NCBI GenBank assembly: GCA_002372375.1
Contig: DFGJ01000021.1
Coordinates: forward strand, 62,394-126,393
DNA length: 64,000 bases
Source: Ruminococcaceae bacterium UBA3753
GTDB lineage: Bacteria; Bacillota; Clostridia; Oscillospirales; Acutalibacteraceae
Reading direction: 5' to 3'
The notes under the pieces were generated by a model. The model worked only from the letters and a program-made list of their open reading frames with translations. It was not told the origin of the DNA and searched no databases. Positions 17,860-28,913 of this stretch are shown piece after piece. The first letter of the stretch is position 1; every line of letters begins with the position of its first letter. Position numbers and translations under genes: made by a program.

Positions 17860-20229
17860 ATGATGCCTGTGGTCAAGACCTCTGAAATGCAAATACTAAA
17901 AAAAAAGATGCAAGAAGAAAGTATACCCTGGAAGATACATATAGTCACTAATACTATATTTTTCACTATAGGTCTATTAATATCTGGTAAAAGTATTTAC
18001 GAAAAATTTTTTCCATTTGGTATAGCACTAGTCACTGGGGTACCATACAAAAACCTTATTCTGTCGTCCGTAGCTTCCTCATTAAGCTATTTAATTACTA
18101 ATGACATTAGTTATTCAATAAAGTACGTAGCAACAGTATTTGCAATATGTGCAGTAAGATGGCTCTTAAAGGACATAAAATTGTCGCACAAATGCTTGTG
18201 TAATTCTATAATGTGCAGCTTGATCAATTTTTTTATGAGCTTCCCCGTATATATGCACGGAGATTCTTCATTTTACATTTTGACAGATATATTTATAGAA
18301 TCCGCACTTGCCGGATCATGCTCATTTTTATTTGAAAAAAGTATAAATATAACTCTAAAATACTTCAAAACTAAATCTAAAACTAAATTTTTGGTAAGAA
18401 ACACTAGCGACTTGTTAATTATTTCAAGTAGTATTTTTGTCGTAACCTTTTCACTTTCTGATTTTAACTTGGGACCCATATCTTTAGGTAATGCAATTTC
18501 TACTTATATTTTATTTTTAATTTGCAGAGCCGGCGGAACTTTATGCGCAGGTGTGTCCTTTATTATTTTAAATTTCATATCAGGGTTTAAACCGTCATCA
18601 ATAAATACGTATGTCAGCAATTATTACAACTTCTCAGTACCTGCAATTTGCATGTTAGTTGTTGGTCTATTTCCAAAGCATTCCAAAATCAAAGTATCCA
18701 TACTGTATATTTTTCTTAATCTAATTTTAAAACTATATTTTTTCTCAGAGATAAACATAGGCATAATAATCTCTAGTTTATATGAATCCATTCTGTCTTG
18801 TACACTTTTACTAATAACACCGGATAACATTTTAAATAAGTTGATAAACTTTAATTGTAATGACGAATTTAAAGCAAATAATTTGTACTGTATCCAACAG
18901 CGTTTAAGCTTAAATCTTAAATATTTATCAGAGTCCTTTAAGAATATTGGAAGCGGATTAGATGTTGTGTCTATGAAAAAAGAAGCGAATAAAAATACAG
19001 ATTTACGGGAATTATTAGAAAAAACAAATGAAAAATTTTGTTCTGTTTGCTCATTAAGCACCTTTTGCTGGGGAAGCAACAAAAATAACACAATAAATTA
19101 TTTAAATAATATTCTTAAGAAAAGAGAAAACAATCTAATGCATGAAAATGAATTTAGTAGCATATGCCCTAGCGTAGAAAAAATTAGAAAGTATTACGAA
19201 TATTTAAATATGGAGAAAAGCATAAAGGACATAGCTCAAATAAAAGTTAATGAAATGAAGGACTATGTTGTAGAACAGTTTAAAGATACAGGATCAATTT
19301 TAAGTAATTTATCAGAAAAAATTAATAACTCGTTTAATTATAATCTTAATGTTTCTGATAAGATTTTAAATATCCTAAGAAAAAACAACATAAACTGCTA
19401 TTATGCTTTTTGTAAAGATTATTTCGATAAAAAGTGGAGCATAGAGATTTCAGTTGATACAAGTGATAAACAGAAATTTGAAAACCTTCGCATTGAAGAT
19501 ATTTTGAAAAATGAATACGGAAAAATATTTAATAGTCCTATATTAATAAACAACTACAAAAAAAGTTTTAAATACATAATCCTCGAAAAAACAAATTATA
19601 CAGTGCGTGTTGACGTCGCACAGCACGTATGCAAAAATGGTGATTTTTGTGGTGATAGTTACAAATATTTTTTCACAGAAGATGGTAAACTAGTTATAAT
19701 TCTAAGCGATGGAATGGGAACAGGAGTAAGAGCAGCTGTTGAAGGAACTTTAGCATGCGAAATTTTGAGTACACTAATTAAATCCCATGTAGATACTGAT
19801 ATCGCACTAAGAATAACTAATACGACCCTTCTTACAAATCCGAATGAAGAATCGCTGGCTGCCATAGATCTGGTAATTATCGACTTAAACACCGGGAATT
19901 CCAGATTTATAAAAGCAGGTGCGGCAAGCAGTATTATAAAGAGTAAAAATGAAATAAAGATTTTAGATGAAGCTTCTCTACCTATTGGCATTTTAAAAAA
20001 TATCGATTATTCCATCAATGATATCAAACTAAAAAATAAAGATAAAATTCTGATCATGTCCGATGGGGCATCTTACCCAAGCAATGACTGGATCGCTGAA
20101 AAACTGAACAGTTGGAAGGGAGAAAATGGTGATCTTGCAAAAAGTATAATAGATGATTCGTTAAAAAAAGCAGAACAAGACAAAGACGACGATATAACAG
20201 TTATAGCGGTAGAGATTTTAAATAGTTAA
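17860..20229 (+). CDS. spoIIE: stage II sporulation protein E (membrane PP2C phosphatase)
   Basis: 789 aa. The N-terminal ~330 aa are polytopic membrane. The C-terminal PP2C domain has CGDSY..., LSDGMGTG and IMSDGA. The start may be the GTG at 17869, which has better spacing from GGGAG. Confidence 0.9.
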   Translation: MMPVVKTSEMQILKKKMQEESIPWKIHIVTNTIFFTIGLLISGKSIYEKFFPFGIALVTGVPYKNLILSSVASSLSYLITNDISYSIKYVATVFAICAVRWLLKDIKLSHKCLCNSIMCSLINFFMSFPVYMHGDSSFYILTDIFIESALAGSCSFLFEKSINITLKYFKTKSKTKFLVRNTSDLLIISSSIFVVTFSLSDFNLGPISLGNAISTYILFLICRAGGTLCAGVSFIILNFISGFKPSSINTYVSNYYNFSVPAICMLVVGLFPKHSKIKVSILYIFLNLILKLYFFSEINIGIIISSLYESILSCTLLLITPDNILNKLINFNCNDEFKANNLYCIQQRLSLNLKYLSESFKNIGSGLDVVSMKKEANKNTDLRELLEKTNEKFCSVCSLSTFCWGSNKNNTINYLNNILKKRENNLMHENEFSSICPSVEKIRKYYEYLNMEKSIKDIAQIKVNEMKDYVVEQFKDTGSILSNLSEKINNSFNYNLNVSDKILNILRKNNINCYYAFCKDYFDKKWSIEISVDTSDKQKFENLRIEDILKNEYGKIFNSPILINNYKKSFKYIILEKTNYTVRVDVAQHVCKNGDFCGDSYKYFFTEDGKLVIILSDGMGTGVRAAVEGTLACEILSTLIKSHVDTDIALRITNTTLLTNPNEESLAAIDLVIIDLNTGNSRFIKAGAASSIIKSKNEIKILDEASLPIGILKNIDYSINDIKLKNKDKILIMSDGASYPSNDWIAEKLNSWKGENGDLAKSIIDDSLKKAEQDKDDDITVIAVEILNS

Positions 20230-21180
20230 AATAGAAGTAAAAACTGTTACAAAATGAGCTGTTGCCTTAGGAATACTTCAAAAAATAAAATAACACAATC
20301 TACGATAAAAGAACCGCTCCCAAAGATTAAAACCGAATATACATTTTATGCCTCTAGTATGTTTATAATTGAACCTTTAAAAAAATAACTTATCTCTATT
20401 TAAGGCGTTTTCAATCTCCAGGATAGTTTTATTACTAGTTTTTGTAAGCTTTTCACTTTTTTAATTTTTATAAGTTTTTTTAAACTTATCCATTTAAAAT
20501 CTTGTGTTTCACTTTTTTTGTAAACTGTGGTGTTGGCTTTATCCCAGTAAAAAGATGCGATTTAGTTATATTTTGTTACAGATACAATATAAGTTGGTGT
20601 ATTTGTTATACAAATATTATTTTAAATAAACACCATAAAAAAGCTTTCATTAAAAATTCACTTACACAAAGATAGATCATGCTCGACCAACTGTATTAAT
20701 GACTGGTACCTTGTTATAAACTAAAGTTTTAACTATGAAACAATATATCATCCACACTAATTTTATCTAAAAAAAATAAATACTAATAAAATATGTAAAT
20801 GGCTTGGCAGAAGCTAATGCATAAAGTAGAAACAAATCTATAACAGTAATTCCTTTTTAAGGAAAATAATTTTGGAATAACTAAATAAAAAAATTTATTT
20901 AAAGGAAAAATGTGCCTGCTGATGCAACTTCAAAATAAAAAGTAGACAGTGTGGACTGTAAGAAACGAAACGTCTGTGTTTCTGTCTGGTGCAGGAAATA
21001 AAACAAACACACTAACTGGCTTTAAGAGTACAAAGATGCTGGGCTGATCTGCTGACCATTAGTTGTTAGTCACGAACCCAAAGCAAATGAAAGACCAAAC
21101 GCTTTCAGAACATGTACTGGCACCAAAAACTCAAGTTAATGCCGCCATAACGTTGAAATTAATGTTGTGCACACAGAACT

Positions 21181-21403
21181 GGATGCACTAATCCTAGATT
21201 TTAGTCACAATCCTACCAAATTTCATCCTGTACAGACTCCTTCACGGATTATTATACATCACACTTATTGTGTAACAGTGCCGAATGGGATACGCTGTCC
21301 AGAAATATTAGCCGTTGCACTTTCCATACAAAATAAAAAGCCCCGCCAAAACAGCGAGGTCGGCTTGGTAATGGGATGCACTAACCTTCTATTTTAGTTA
21401 CAA
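21181..21403 (-). repeat. ghost copy of the tuf 3' end about 193 bp downstream of the real one
   Basis: Plus-strand ggatgcactaaccttctattttagttacaac (21374-) matches ggatgcactaatcctagattttagtcacaatc (21181-). The similarity continues into the gene: ccttcgcggattgc versus ccttcacggattat. Confidence 0.65.
21331..21364 (-). terminator. probable rho-independent terminator of tuf
   Basis: On the minus strand CCUCGC-UGUUUUG-GCGGGG forms a 6-bp stem with one G-U pair, extendable with a bulge. It is followed by CUUUUUAUUUU, about 17 nt after the tuf stop. Confidence 0.55.
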
Positions 21404-22586
21404 CACCAGAACCCACCGTACGCCCACCTTCGCGGATTGCAAACCTCAAACCCTCTTCAATCGCAATCGGAGTTATGAGCTCAACAGACATATCCACATT
21501 ATCACCAGGCATAGCCATTTCTACACCTTCCGGTAAAGTTATTACACCAGTGACATCAGTAGTTCTGAAGTAAAACTGAGGTCTGTAATTATTGAAAAAC
21601 GGAGTATGACGCCCACCCTCATCTTTAGTTAAAATATAAACTTGTCCACTAAACTTAGTATGCGGATTTATCGTCCCCGGTTTCGCTAAAACTTGACCAC
21701 GCTTAATTTCATCTCTCTGGACGCCACGTAAAAGCGCGCCAACATTATCGCCCGCTTCACAATAATCCAAAGTTTTACGGAACATCTCCATACTAGTGAC
21801 CACTACTTTACGCCTTTCGGTAGTGAGACCAACTAGCTCAACCTCATCACCGGCATTAAGTCTTCCTCTCTCTACACGGCCAGTAGCAACTGTACCGCGT
21901 CCCGTAATGGTCATAGTATCTTCAACAGGCATCAAGAAAGGCAAGTCGGACTTGCGCTCCGGCGTCGGAATGTAAGAATCCACAGCATCCATAAGTTCAA
22001 GGATCGGCTTGTACTCTTCAGCAGAAGGATCAGTGGAAGAACTTTCCAAAACCTTCAAAGCAGAACCTTTAATTATCGGCGTGTTATCACCATCAAACTC
22101 ATAGCTGCTTAGAAGCTCACGTACCTCCATTTCCACCAAGTCTAAAAGTTCCGGATCATCTACCTGGTCGACCTTATTCAAAAACACAACTATACTTGGC
22201 ACACCGACCTGCCTAGCAAGTAATATATGTTCACGAGTTTGTGGCATAGGACCGTCAGCTGCTGAAACAACTAAAATCGCTCCATCCATTTGCGCTGCAC
22301 CAGTAATCATATTCTTAACATAATCCGCGTGACCTGGGCAGTCAACGTGCGCATAGTGCCTCGCATCGGTCTGATACTCCACATGGGCAGTATTAATCGT
22401 TATACCACGTTCACGTTCTTCAGGAGCCTTATCAATATTTGCATAGTCAGTAAAATCCGCATACTTCTTAAAACTAAGAACCTTCGTAATTGCTGCAGTA
22501 AGCGTCGTTTTTCCGTGATCCACGTGTCCGATAGTCCCAATATTAACGTGCGGTTTGTTTCTCTCAAATTTCTGCTTTGCCATCAA
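21381..22586 (-). CDS. tuf: elongation factor Tu
   Basis: Unmistakable EF-Tu: [44 protein letters not shown]. The true start is probably the second ATG, at 22583. Confidence 0.97.
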   Translation of the reverse strand: MMAKQKFERNKPHVNIGTIGHVDHGKTTLTAAITKVLSFKKYADFTDYANIDKAPEERERGITINTAHVEYQTDARHYAHVDCPGHADYVKNMITGAAQMDGAILVVSAADGPMPQTREHILLARQVGVPSIVVFLNKVDQVDDPELLDLVEMEVRELLSSYEFDGDNTPIIKGSALKVLESSSTDPSAEEYKPILELMDAVDSYIPTPERKSDLPFLMPVEDTMTITGRGTVATGRVERGRLNAGDEVELVGLTTERRKVVVTSMEMFRKTLDYCEAGDNVGALLRGVQRDEIKRGQVLAKPGTINPHTKFSGQVYILTKDEGGRHTPFFNNYRPQFYFRTTDVTGVITLPEGVEMAMPGDNVDMSVELITPIAIEEGLRFAIREGGRTVGSGVVTKIEG

Positions 22587-22737
22587 AATCCTCCATCAGC
22601 AACAATAATTTAAAAGGCAAGGGGCACAAAACCAAAAATAACGTGAGTAATTCTAACAACTATATTTCAAAAAAGCAACAAAAAATTACGTAAAACAATA
22701 AATTGACTTTCTTGGATCAAAAAAATAAAAATAAAAT

Positions 22738-23925
22738 TCAAGATAAAACAGCATATTTATTTTTTGCACTTAAAATACGATCTAAAGATTTGTCTATCAT
22801 TTCTTCAGATATTGTATCTTTTTCAGTACTTTTAACATTCTTTACAATACTATTATAAAGGCTTTCTAGTTTGTGAAAATCTTTACGACTTTTTAGGGTA
22901 ACTGGAATACTTAAAAGATCGTTACCAGCTTTTATTGCCGTTATAGCAGCCAACTCCCTTCCAAAGTGATCTGAAACTGCTTTCATTTCTAACGCATCTG
23001 TCATTGCTACCCCTCTAAAGCCCAGCTCCTCTCTAAGAAGGCTTGTCATAATACTCTTCGATAAAGTTGCTGGAACAACTATCGCTTTCCCAGCTTTTTT
23101 TGAGTGAATTTTTGTATCGTCGATCTTTGGAAGAGATATATGCGCTGACATAACGAAGTCTACACCTGCATCTATTGCTGCCTTGAAAGGCTTTAATTCT
23201 ATTTCCCTTAGCTCTTCTAATGTTCCAGGAATAACAGGGAGCATATTGTGCGAATCAGAATCCGTATTTCCGTGGCCTGGGAAATGCTTAGCTGTGGCTG
23301 CTATGCCCATCAAATGTAAGCCGTTTATAAAGCTAACACCAAAATCTGAAACTAAATCTGCATCAGCGCCAAAAGACCTTTCCCCTATAACGGGATTCTT
23401 AGGATTATTGTTGACATCTACAACAGGTGCTAAATCACAATTTATACCTATTTCCTTAAGCTCTTTTGCTATTGTCACACCTTTTTCAAAAGCTTCCTCA
23501 GAAGATTCTATTTCTGAATTATTTTTTAACGTTTTTCTACCAAACGCAAAACGCTCTACTTTTCCACCTTCCTGGTCTGTGAATATTAAAAGAGGGGGAA
23601 AATTATATTTTTTAGTTATACTCTGTAAGTCAGAAACTAACTTTTTAGACTGATCTTTGTCTAAGAAGTTATCTTTAAATAAAACAATACTCCCAACTCC
23701 ATACTCGCCAATTAGTTTTTCTAGCAGTGGTCTAGTAACCTTATCAACTTCTGTTATTGCTCTACCATTATTTAAATACCTTATATCTAGAACCATCATT
23801 TGTCCTATCTTCTGGCGTAAAGTAAATCCGTTAGAATCAAAATTTGAGTCAAAACTTGAACCAAAAGAAGAAGGAAACAATAAAAAAAGCACACTTGCAA
23901 AAATTTTTTTAAGAGATTTAAGCAT
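22738..23925 (-). CDS. secreted glycoside hydrolase family 3 beta-N-acetylhexosaminidase (NagZ-like)
   Basis: KIGQMM, DQEGG.V.R and KHFPGHGNTDSDSH motifs with a signal-peptide-like N-terminus. I place the start at the ATG at 23925 because AGGAGGAC lies 5 nt upstream. The track ORF extends to 23982. Confidence 0.8.
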   Translation of the reverse strand: MLKSLKKIFASVLFLLFPSSFGSSFDSNFDSNGFTLRQKIGQMMVLDIRYLNNGRAITEVDKVTRPLLEKLIGEYGVGSIVLFKDNFLDKDQSKKLVSDLQSITKKYNFPPLLIFTDQEGGKVERFAFGRKTLKNNSEIESSEEAFEKGVTIAKELKEIGINCDLAPVVDVNNNPKNPVIGERSFGADADLVSDFGVSFINGLHLMGIAATAKHFPGHGNTDSDSHNMLPVIPGTLEELREIELKPFKAAIDAGVDFVMSAHISLPKIDDTKIHSKKAGKAIVVPATLSKSIMTSLLREELGFRGVAMTDALEMKAVSDHFGRELAAITAIKAGNDLLSIPVTLKSRKDFHKLESLYNSIVKNVKSTEKDTISEEMIDKSLDRILSAKNKYAVLS

Positions 23926-24029
23926 AAACAGTCCTCCTAAATAAAATGTAGTAGTATAAATAAAAAAAGACAAAAAAGGCAAAAACCACGATGATAATTG
24001 CCTTTAAAACGATTATGTACATTTAAAAA

Positions 24030-24311
24030 TTAAACAGATTTTTTCTTTAAATTCGCTATTTTCACGTCCACCCAATTCTCAAACTGCTCATCTGTCATGC
24101 GTGGATCTTTCTGTCCCATATAAGTACTGCAATCTTTTATAGAACATTCACTGCAGTCCTGCCTATTTTTCTTACTTGCACAGTCATAGATTGGGCAAAC
24201 AGCTCCACCTCTGTAAAATACCTTACCCTCGGCCTTGGAGCAACCACCACATTGTGGAAGAGAATCGCACGCAGAACAGTCGGCACCACAAGCTGCTATC
24301 ATCTTTTCCAT
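24030..24311 (-). CDS. Cys-rich DUF3795-like protein
   Basis: 93 aa with CGADCSACDSLPQCGGC...CPIYDC...CSECSIKDC, a spacing typical of DUF3795 as I recall it. Confidence 0.55.
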   Translation of the reverse strand: MEKMIAACGADCSACDSLPQCGGCSKAEGKVFYRGGAVCPIYDCASKKNRQDCSECSIKDCSTYMGQKDPRMTDEQFENWVDVKIANLKKKSV

Positions 24312-24950
24312 AAAAAACCCCCTTAAATTGTAATTATTTGTACCGAAAAAATACCGTACCGTTGAAGTTTAAATTAAAACTTTTTAAAGATCCAGTTAAA
24401 ATTTAGTTTTTATGTAGCAATAAGCGAAGTGCAAAACTTCTGCTTTTGTAAGTCAAAATTTTATCTATTTTGCAAATAGAACAAGAAGTAAAACCCTGCA
24501 GTAAAACATATATTTATAAAAACTAACTAAAGCCTCTTCTACGCTCTAAATAATCTTATATATCTAAGACGCAATTGATAATTGACCAACAAAACAAAGA
24601 CCAGACTATAAATTAAGCCCAAATCATTTATATTCTTGTTTTTTATCTTAAAGAAATTAAAACAATAAATCGAAAACGTTCACAATTTCTGAGTTATCTA
24701 TCCCTAAGAAATTCATCGTTGTTAGCTATAATAACATGTTTATATTTATTGCACTGATTAAAATGTTCAGAATGTTCCATGTATGCAGTTAACAAACTTT
24801 TTAGCCTCCCCACTATGATCTACCAATAACGTCCTCAGAGTTGTCCGGAACAAGGTTGTAACCCAAAAACGATAAATTACTCAGTGGTTGTTTTCCAAGT
24901 GCAAAAGCAAAAGACTAAAAGCAGATTATAAGCTGGAGAAGATTGAATAA

Positions 24951-25420
24951 AAGTACGGCAACTTAGAAATTTTAAAGGGGCAATTAGAATCGGTGCTATT
25001 TTACAAAGAAGCCGCATCATTATCTATCAGCTATTTGCACGCTCGATCCTTTCTCTTTCCGCCTGGGGAGGCATTATATAATTTATTTACAAACTTTGAG
25101 CGTCTAAAGTGCGGCAACTTAGAAAATTCAAAAAGACAATTAGAAGTCGGCGCTGCCTTACAAAGAAGCCACATCATTATCTATCAGCTATTTGCACGCT
25201 CAATCCTTTCTCTTTCCGCTTGAGAAGGCCCTATATAATTTATTTACAAACTTTGAGTATCTGAAGTGCGGCAACTTAGAAATTTTAAAGGGGCAATTAG
25301 AATCGGTGCTACCTTACAAGGAAGCCACATCATTGTCTATTAGCTATTTGCACGCTCGATCCTTTCTCTTTCCGCTTGAGAAGGCCTTATATAGTTTATC
25401 TGCAAACTTTGAGCATCTCC
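24951..25420 (-). repeat. tandem array, ~156 bp x 3; the innermost unit contains the last ~26 codons and stop of tsaB
   Basis: Unit starts (aagtRcggcaacttagaaa) are at 24951, 25107 and 25264. The string tatttgcacgctcRatcctttctctttccgc recurs at about 25033, 25190 and 25344, and the tsaB stop is at 25340. Confidence 0.9.
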
Positions 25421-26086
25421 AGCTTCAGTTCCGCTTTCCAAAAGAGTTTTTGCAGCAAATGCGACGCTTCTAGCTAATTGATATTTAAAACCTGAGTGCA
25501 TAATCCTGATATTTTCTGTTTCTTTTTCAAAATTTTTATTTATGAAATTATAAAAAATATCTGCACCATCGCCCAATAGAATTACATCTTTTTCTTTAAA
25601 ATCCTTTATTTTTAAAAACATATCTTGAAAACTAACAGCATTATCTACAGTTATTCTGAATATCTTCCCATCTTTTACGTGAAATAATGCAGCATAAAGC
25701 TGATCTCTTCTAGCGTCCATGCATGTACACACTACCGCATCTTTTTGATCAATAGCGTTAAAGGCCATCGCATACAAAGTAGAAACCCCTAAAGTTTTTT
25801 TATTTAGTGGTAAAGCCATCCCCTTTATCAGTGAAACACCTATGCGTACCCCAGTGAAAGATCCTGGACCATTGCTTACAGCAAATAGATCTATGTCTTT
25901 TACTGAGAATTGAGAGAGGTCCAGCAAACTCTTTACTGTTGGAGCAAGGGTAGTACTATGGACTAATCCGGAATCCAGGTAAATCTCCCCAACTAGTTTT
26001 TCGTCATCTAGTATCGCGCAGGATGCAACCTTAGCACTCGATTCTACTGCTAATATTCTCAAAACCAGATCTTCCTTTATGGGCAA
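25340..26086 (-). CDS. tsaB: tRNA t6A37 biosynthesis protein TsaB
   Basis: ILAVESS..., GPGSFTGVRIGV, and the C-terminal ...IRPSQAERE typical of TsaB. The track start is TTG at 26086. A TTG at 26062 (LRILAVESS) is an alternative. Confidence 0.85.
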   Translation of the reverse strand: MPIKEDLVLRILAVESSAKVASCAILDDEKLVGEIYLDSGLVHSTTLAPTVKSLLDLSQFSVKDIDLFAVSNGPGSFTGVRIGVSLIKGMALPLNKKTLGVSTLYAMAFNAIDQKDAVVCTCMDARRDQLYAALFHVKDGKIFRITVDNAVSFQDMFLKIKDFKEKDVILLGDGADIFYNFINKNFEKETENIRIMHSGFKYQLARSVAFAAKTLLESGTEAGDAQSLQINYIRPSQAERERIERANS

Positions 26087-26669
26087 CGCCAGTATTGTAG
26101 TAGTATATCCAATTAATTAATTTTTTTAACACACGCAAATATGACCACCACGTCATTTTACTGCTAGTTTGCATGAAATCGAAATCTTTTTTTAAAATAG
26201 AGAAATGTGTACAAGTCAATACCAAAGTATTATAACTAAAAAGTGAAAACATAACGAAAATTAGTGATCTTCAATTTTTGTGTTTATATTTACTGTGTAC
26301 TATTTTTAGAATTAATACTTGCTTATGTGCAATGAACTTATGCATGTCAAGAAGTTTTTATCAAAGTCTTGTTTATCAGTTTTTTATTTCCTGGGGTGAG
26401 TCAAAGGAACGGAGTCTACTTGTAGACATTTTGTAGAGGAGGAAAATATGTAATTTTGTAAAATGAACTGTAAAATTATAAAAACAAAGGTGTATAGCAA
26501 TAAAAAACTCGTATTTAAAAAGAAAACTAAGCTGTAACTCTTTGTACAGACTTAGTAACAACTTCTAGAACAGCACATTCACACCACATGCTATGACGTT
26601 CTTGGAGCGAGAGTTCGTTGGAGATAGGTTCACAATCTGAATTCCCTCCACTGTATATATAGCGGATAG

Positions 26670-27101
26670 CTAGAAATGTTCTATTCCAAAAAAGTCAAAA
26701 TTTCTTGTATTTTTCCCACTATAGGTGATTTTTACTTTTATTGTAGGATATTTTTTGGGGATAAAATCCTCTATATTTTCACTCCACTCTATCAATGTTA
26801 TGCCATTACCTATGTAATCAAAAAAACCAGTGTCGAATAATTCTTCTTCCGAGTTTATTCTGTACATGTCCCAATGATATATGTAAAACTTGCCTTTGTA
26901 GATGTTAATTATGTTATAAGTAGGGCTCGTAACCACTTTGGGGTCTTTCACAGAAAGCCCGTTAGCTAATCCTCTAATGAAGGTTGTTTTTCCTGCACCG
27001 AGTTCACCGTAAAACTGTATTATTTCTGTTCCTGCTAGTTTTTTCGCGAACCGTGCTCCAAGGTCTTCTGTAAATTCTTTTGAGTTACTTTTTATTAACA
27101 C
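26670..27101 (-). CDS. tsaE: tRNA t6A37 biosynthesis ATPase TsaE
   Basis: 143 aa with Walker A GELGAGKTTFIRG, SPTYNI and HWDMYR motifs. GTG start. Confidence 0.85.
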   Translation of the reverse strand: MLIKSNSKEFTEDLGARFAKKLAGTEIIQFYGELGAGKTTFIRGLANGLSVKDPKVVTSPTYNIINIYKGKFYIYHWDMYRINSEEELFDTGFFDYIGNGITLIEWSENIEDFIPKKYPTIKVKITYSGKNTRNFDFFGIEHF

Positions 27102-27461
27102 GGCATTTTTTCTCGCTGTTTCAGATTATTTGTAAAATAGCATGTATTTTTGCCTTGAATTAATCTAAGATTGCATTTTCAACTACACATTAGATTCAAA
27201 TGACTGTAATGTTCAGTTTGTTAAGCCACGATTCAGTATAAATATAAAATATGTTTTATAGTAGACAGTAATGAGGGCTAAAGTGATATTACATAATAGA
27301 GAATTTAAGATTATTCACTCTTTAATTCAAGTAAAAAGTTTAACCATTTCTTTCTCATTGTTTCACTTTGCTTATTTCGTTTTTTTGTTTATAACTACGT
27401 CAGAAAGTATATTTAAACACAGGGGATTAAACTAAAATAGTTTAGAAAAGGGCATGATAAG

Positions 27462-27983
27462 ATGGAAGTTTGGGACGCGTATGATTCGTCTTTTAAGTTA
27501 GTCGACGGCGTATATCTGATAAGAGATGAAGTTATACCTGAAGGACTGTATCACCTGGTTTGCCAGGTATTGGTGCAGCATGTGGACGGAACTTATCTTT
27601 TAATGCAAAGAGATAAGGACAAAAGCCAGGGTGGTATGTGGGAAGCGAGCGCCGGTGGCTCAGCTTTGAAAGGAGAAAACGCCAAGGTTGCAGCTAAGCG
27701 CGAACTTTTTGAGGAGACAGGTATAGTTGCTGATAATTTAAAAGAAAAACATAAATACAAATTCCGGAATAGCATATTGGTTGAATTTTTTACAACAATT
27801 TACAGGGATAAAACTAAAATTGCCTTACAAAAAGGTGAAACACAGAATTTTAAATGGGTAAATGCAAAAAAACTGATAGAAATTAAAAAACGTGGAATGC
27901 TTACAAAAACTAGCAATAAAACTATATTAGATATTGAAAACTCCTTAAGTAAAGAAAAATTATTGCCGAATGTTCAAATTTAA
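27462..27983 (+). CDS. NUDIX hydrolase
   Basis: Nudix box GGSALKGENAKVAAKRELFEETGI (GX5EX7REUXEEXGU). Confidence 0.8.
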   Translation: MEVWDAYDSSFKLVDGVYLIRDEVIPEGLYHLVCQVLVQHVDGTYLLMQRDKDKSQGGMWEASAGGSALKGENAKVAAKRELFEETGIVADNLKEKHKYKFRNSILVEFFTTIYRDKTKIALQKGETQNFKWVNAKKLIEIKKRGMLTKTSNKTILDIENSLSKEKLLPNVQI

Positions 27984-28130
27984 ACATATAGAAGTGCAAA
28001 ATGTACTTTTAGTTTCGCTCACCAGGTGCAGTCATCTGCTCTTGGTTTGTTCCTATTTTAGACGCCTTTTCTGTGTATATTTTTCCCGTCAAGACTTAAA
28101 CGGCATAATTATTTCGAATAATACCTAATT

Positions 28131-28913
28131 TTATATTTGTGATTTTATTTTATCTAGGGCTGTTTTTTCTAGCCGTGAAACTTGAGCTTGACTTATTCCT
28201 ATTTCTGATGCCACTTCCATTTGCGTTTTGCCCTCAAAAAATCTGAGTTGCATAATCTTTTTTTCGCGCTCCGTGAGTTTTTTGATGGACTCTTTTAAGG
28301 CTATTTCTTCAAGCCAGTTACTGTCTTCATTTTTGCTCCCTATTTGATCCATTACATATATCGTGTCTGTACCGTCCGAAAACACCGGCTCATATAGAGA
28401 GATAGGTTCCACTACGGCCTCAAGCGCCAGTATTAAATAATCTTTTGGAATTTGTAAATTTTTAGCTAATTCGTCTACTGTAGGTTCTTTGTTGTTTTTA
28501 GCCATCAAGGTGTGCTTTGCTTGCATCGCCTTGTAAGCAATATCTCTTAGTGAGCGACTCACTCTGACTGAGTTATTATCCCTTAAGTGACGCCTGATTT
28601 CACCTATAATCATAGGCACACCATATGTTGAAAATCTAACATCCAGCGTAACATCAAAATTATCTATGGCCTTAATAAGGCCTATGCAGCCCACTTGAAA
28701 TAGATCATCCAAGTTTTCGCCTCTGTTGTTAAACTTTTGTATGACGCTAAGAACTAACTTTAGGTTTCCATTAATGAGTTTTTCTCTTGCTAGTTTTTTT
28801 TCTTTCTCATTTCCATTTTTCATTTTCTTTAGGAGTTCAATTTTTTCAGACTCGCTTAAAACTTTTAGTTTTCCGGTATTTATTCCACATATTTCAACTT
28901 TCCGATAGTTCAT
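28131..28913 (-). CDS. sigG: RNA polymerase sporulation sigma factor SigG
   Basis: KVEICGINTGKLKVL, NGNLKLVLSVIQKFNNRGENLDDLFQVGCIGLIKAIDNFD, MIIGEIRRHLRDNNSVRVSRSLRDIAYKA. These match SigG rather than SigF signatures. Confidence 0.9.
   Translation of the reverse strand: MNYRKVEICGINTGKLKVLSESEKIELLKKMKNGNEKEKKLAREKLINGNLKLVLSVIQKFNNRGENLDDLFQVGCIGLIKAIDNFDVTLDVRFSTYGVPMIIGEIRRHLRDNNSVRVSRSLRDIAYKAMQAKHTLMAKNNKEPTVDELAKNLQIPKDYLILALEAVVEPISLYEPVFSDGTDTIYVMDQIGSKNEDSNWLEEIALKESIKKLTEREKKIMQLRFFEGKTQMEVASEIGISQAQVSRLEKTALDKIKSQI

Noticed and set aside
26560-26670. A possible ghost of the tsaE tail about 105 bp downstream (ctagaaatgttctattcc versus ctagaacagcacattcac), and a similar hint downstream of mreB (33380-33500).
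   Set aside because: The similarity is limited to fewer than 20 nt and is indistinguishable from chance by eye. A formal alignment is needed.
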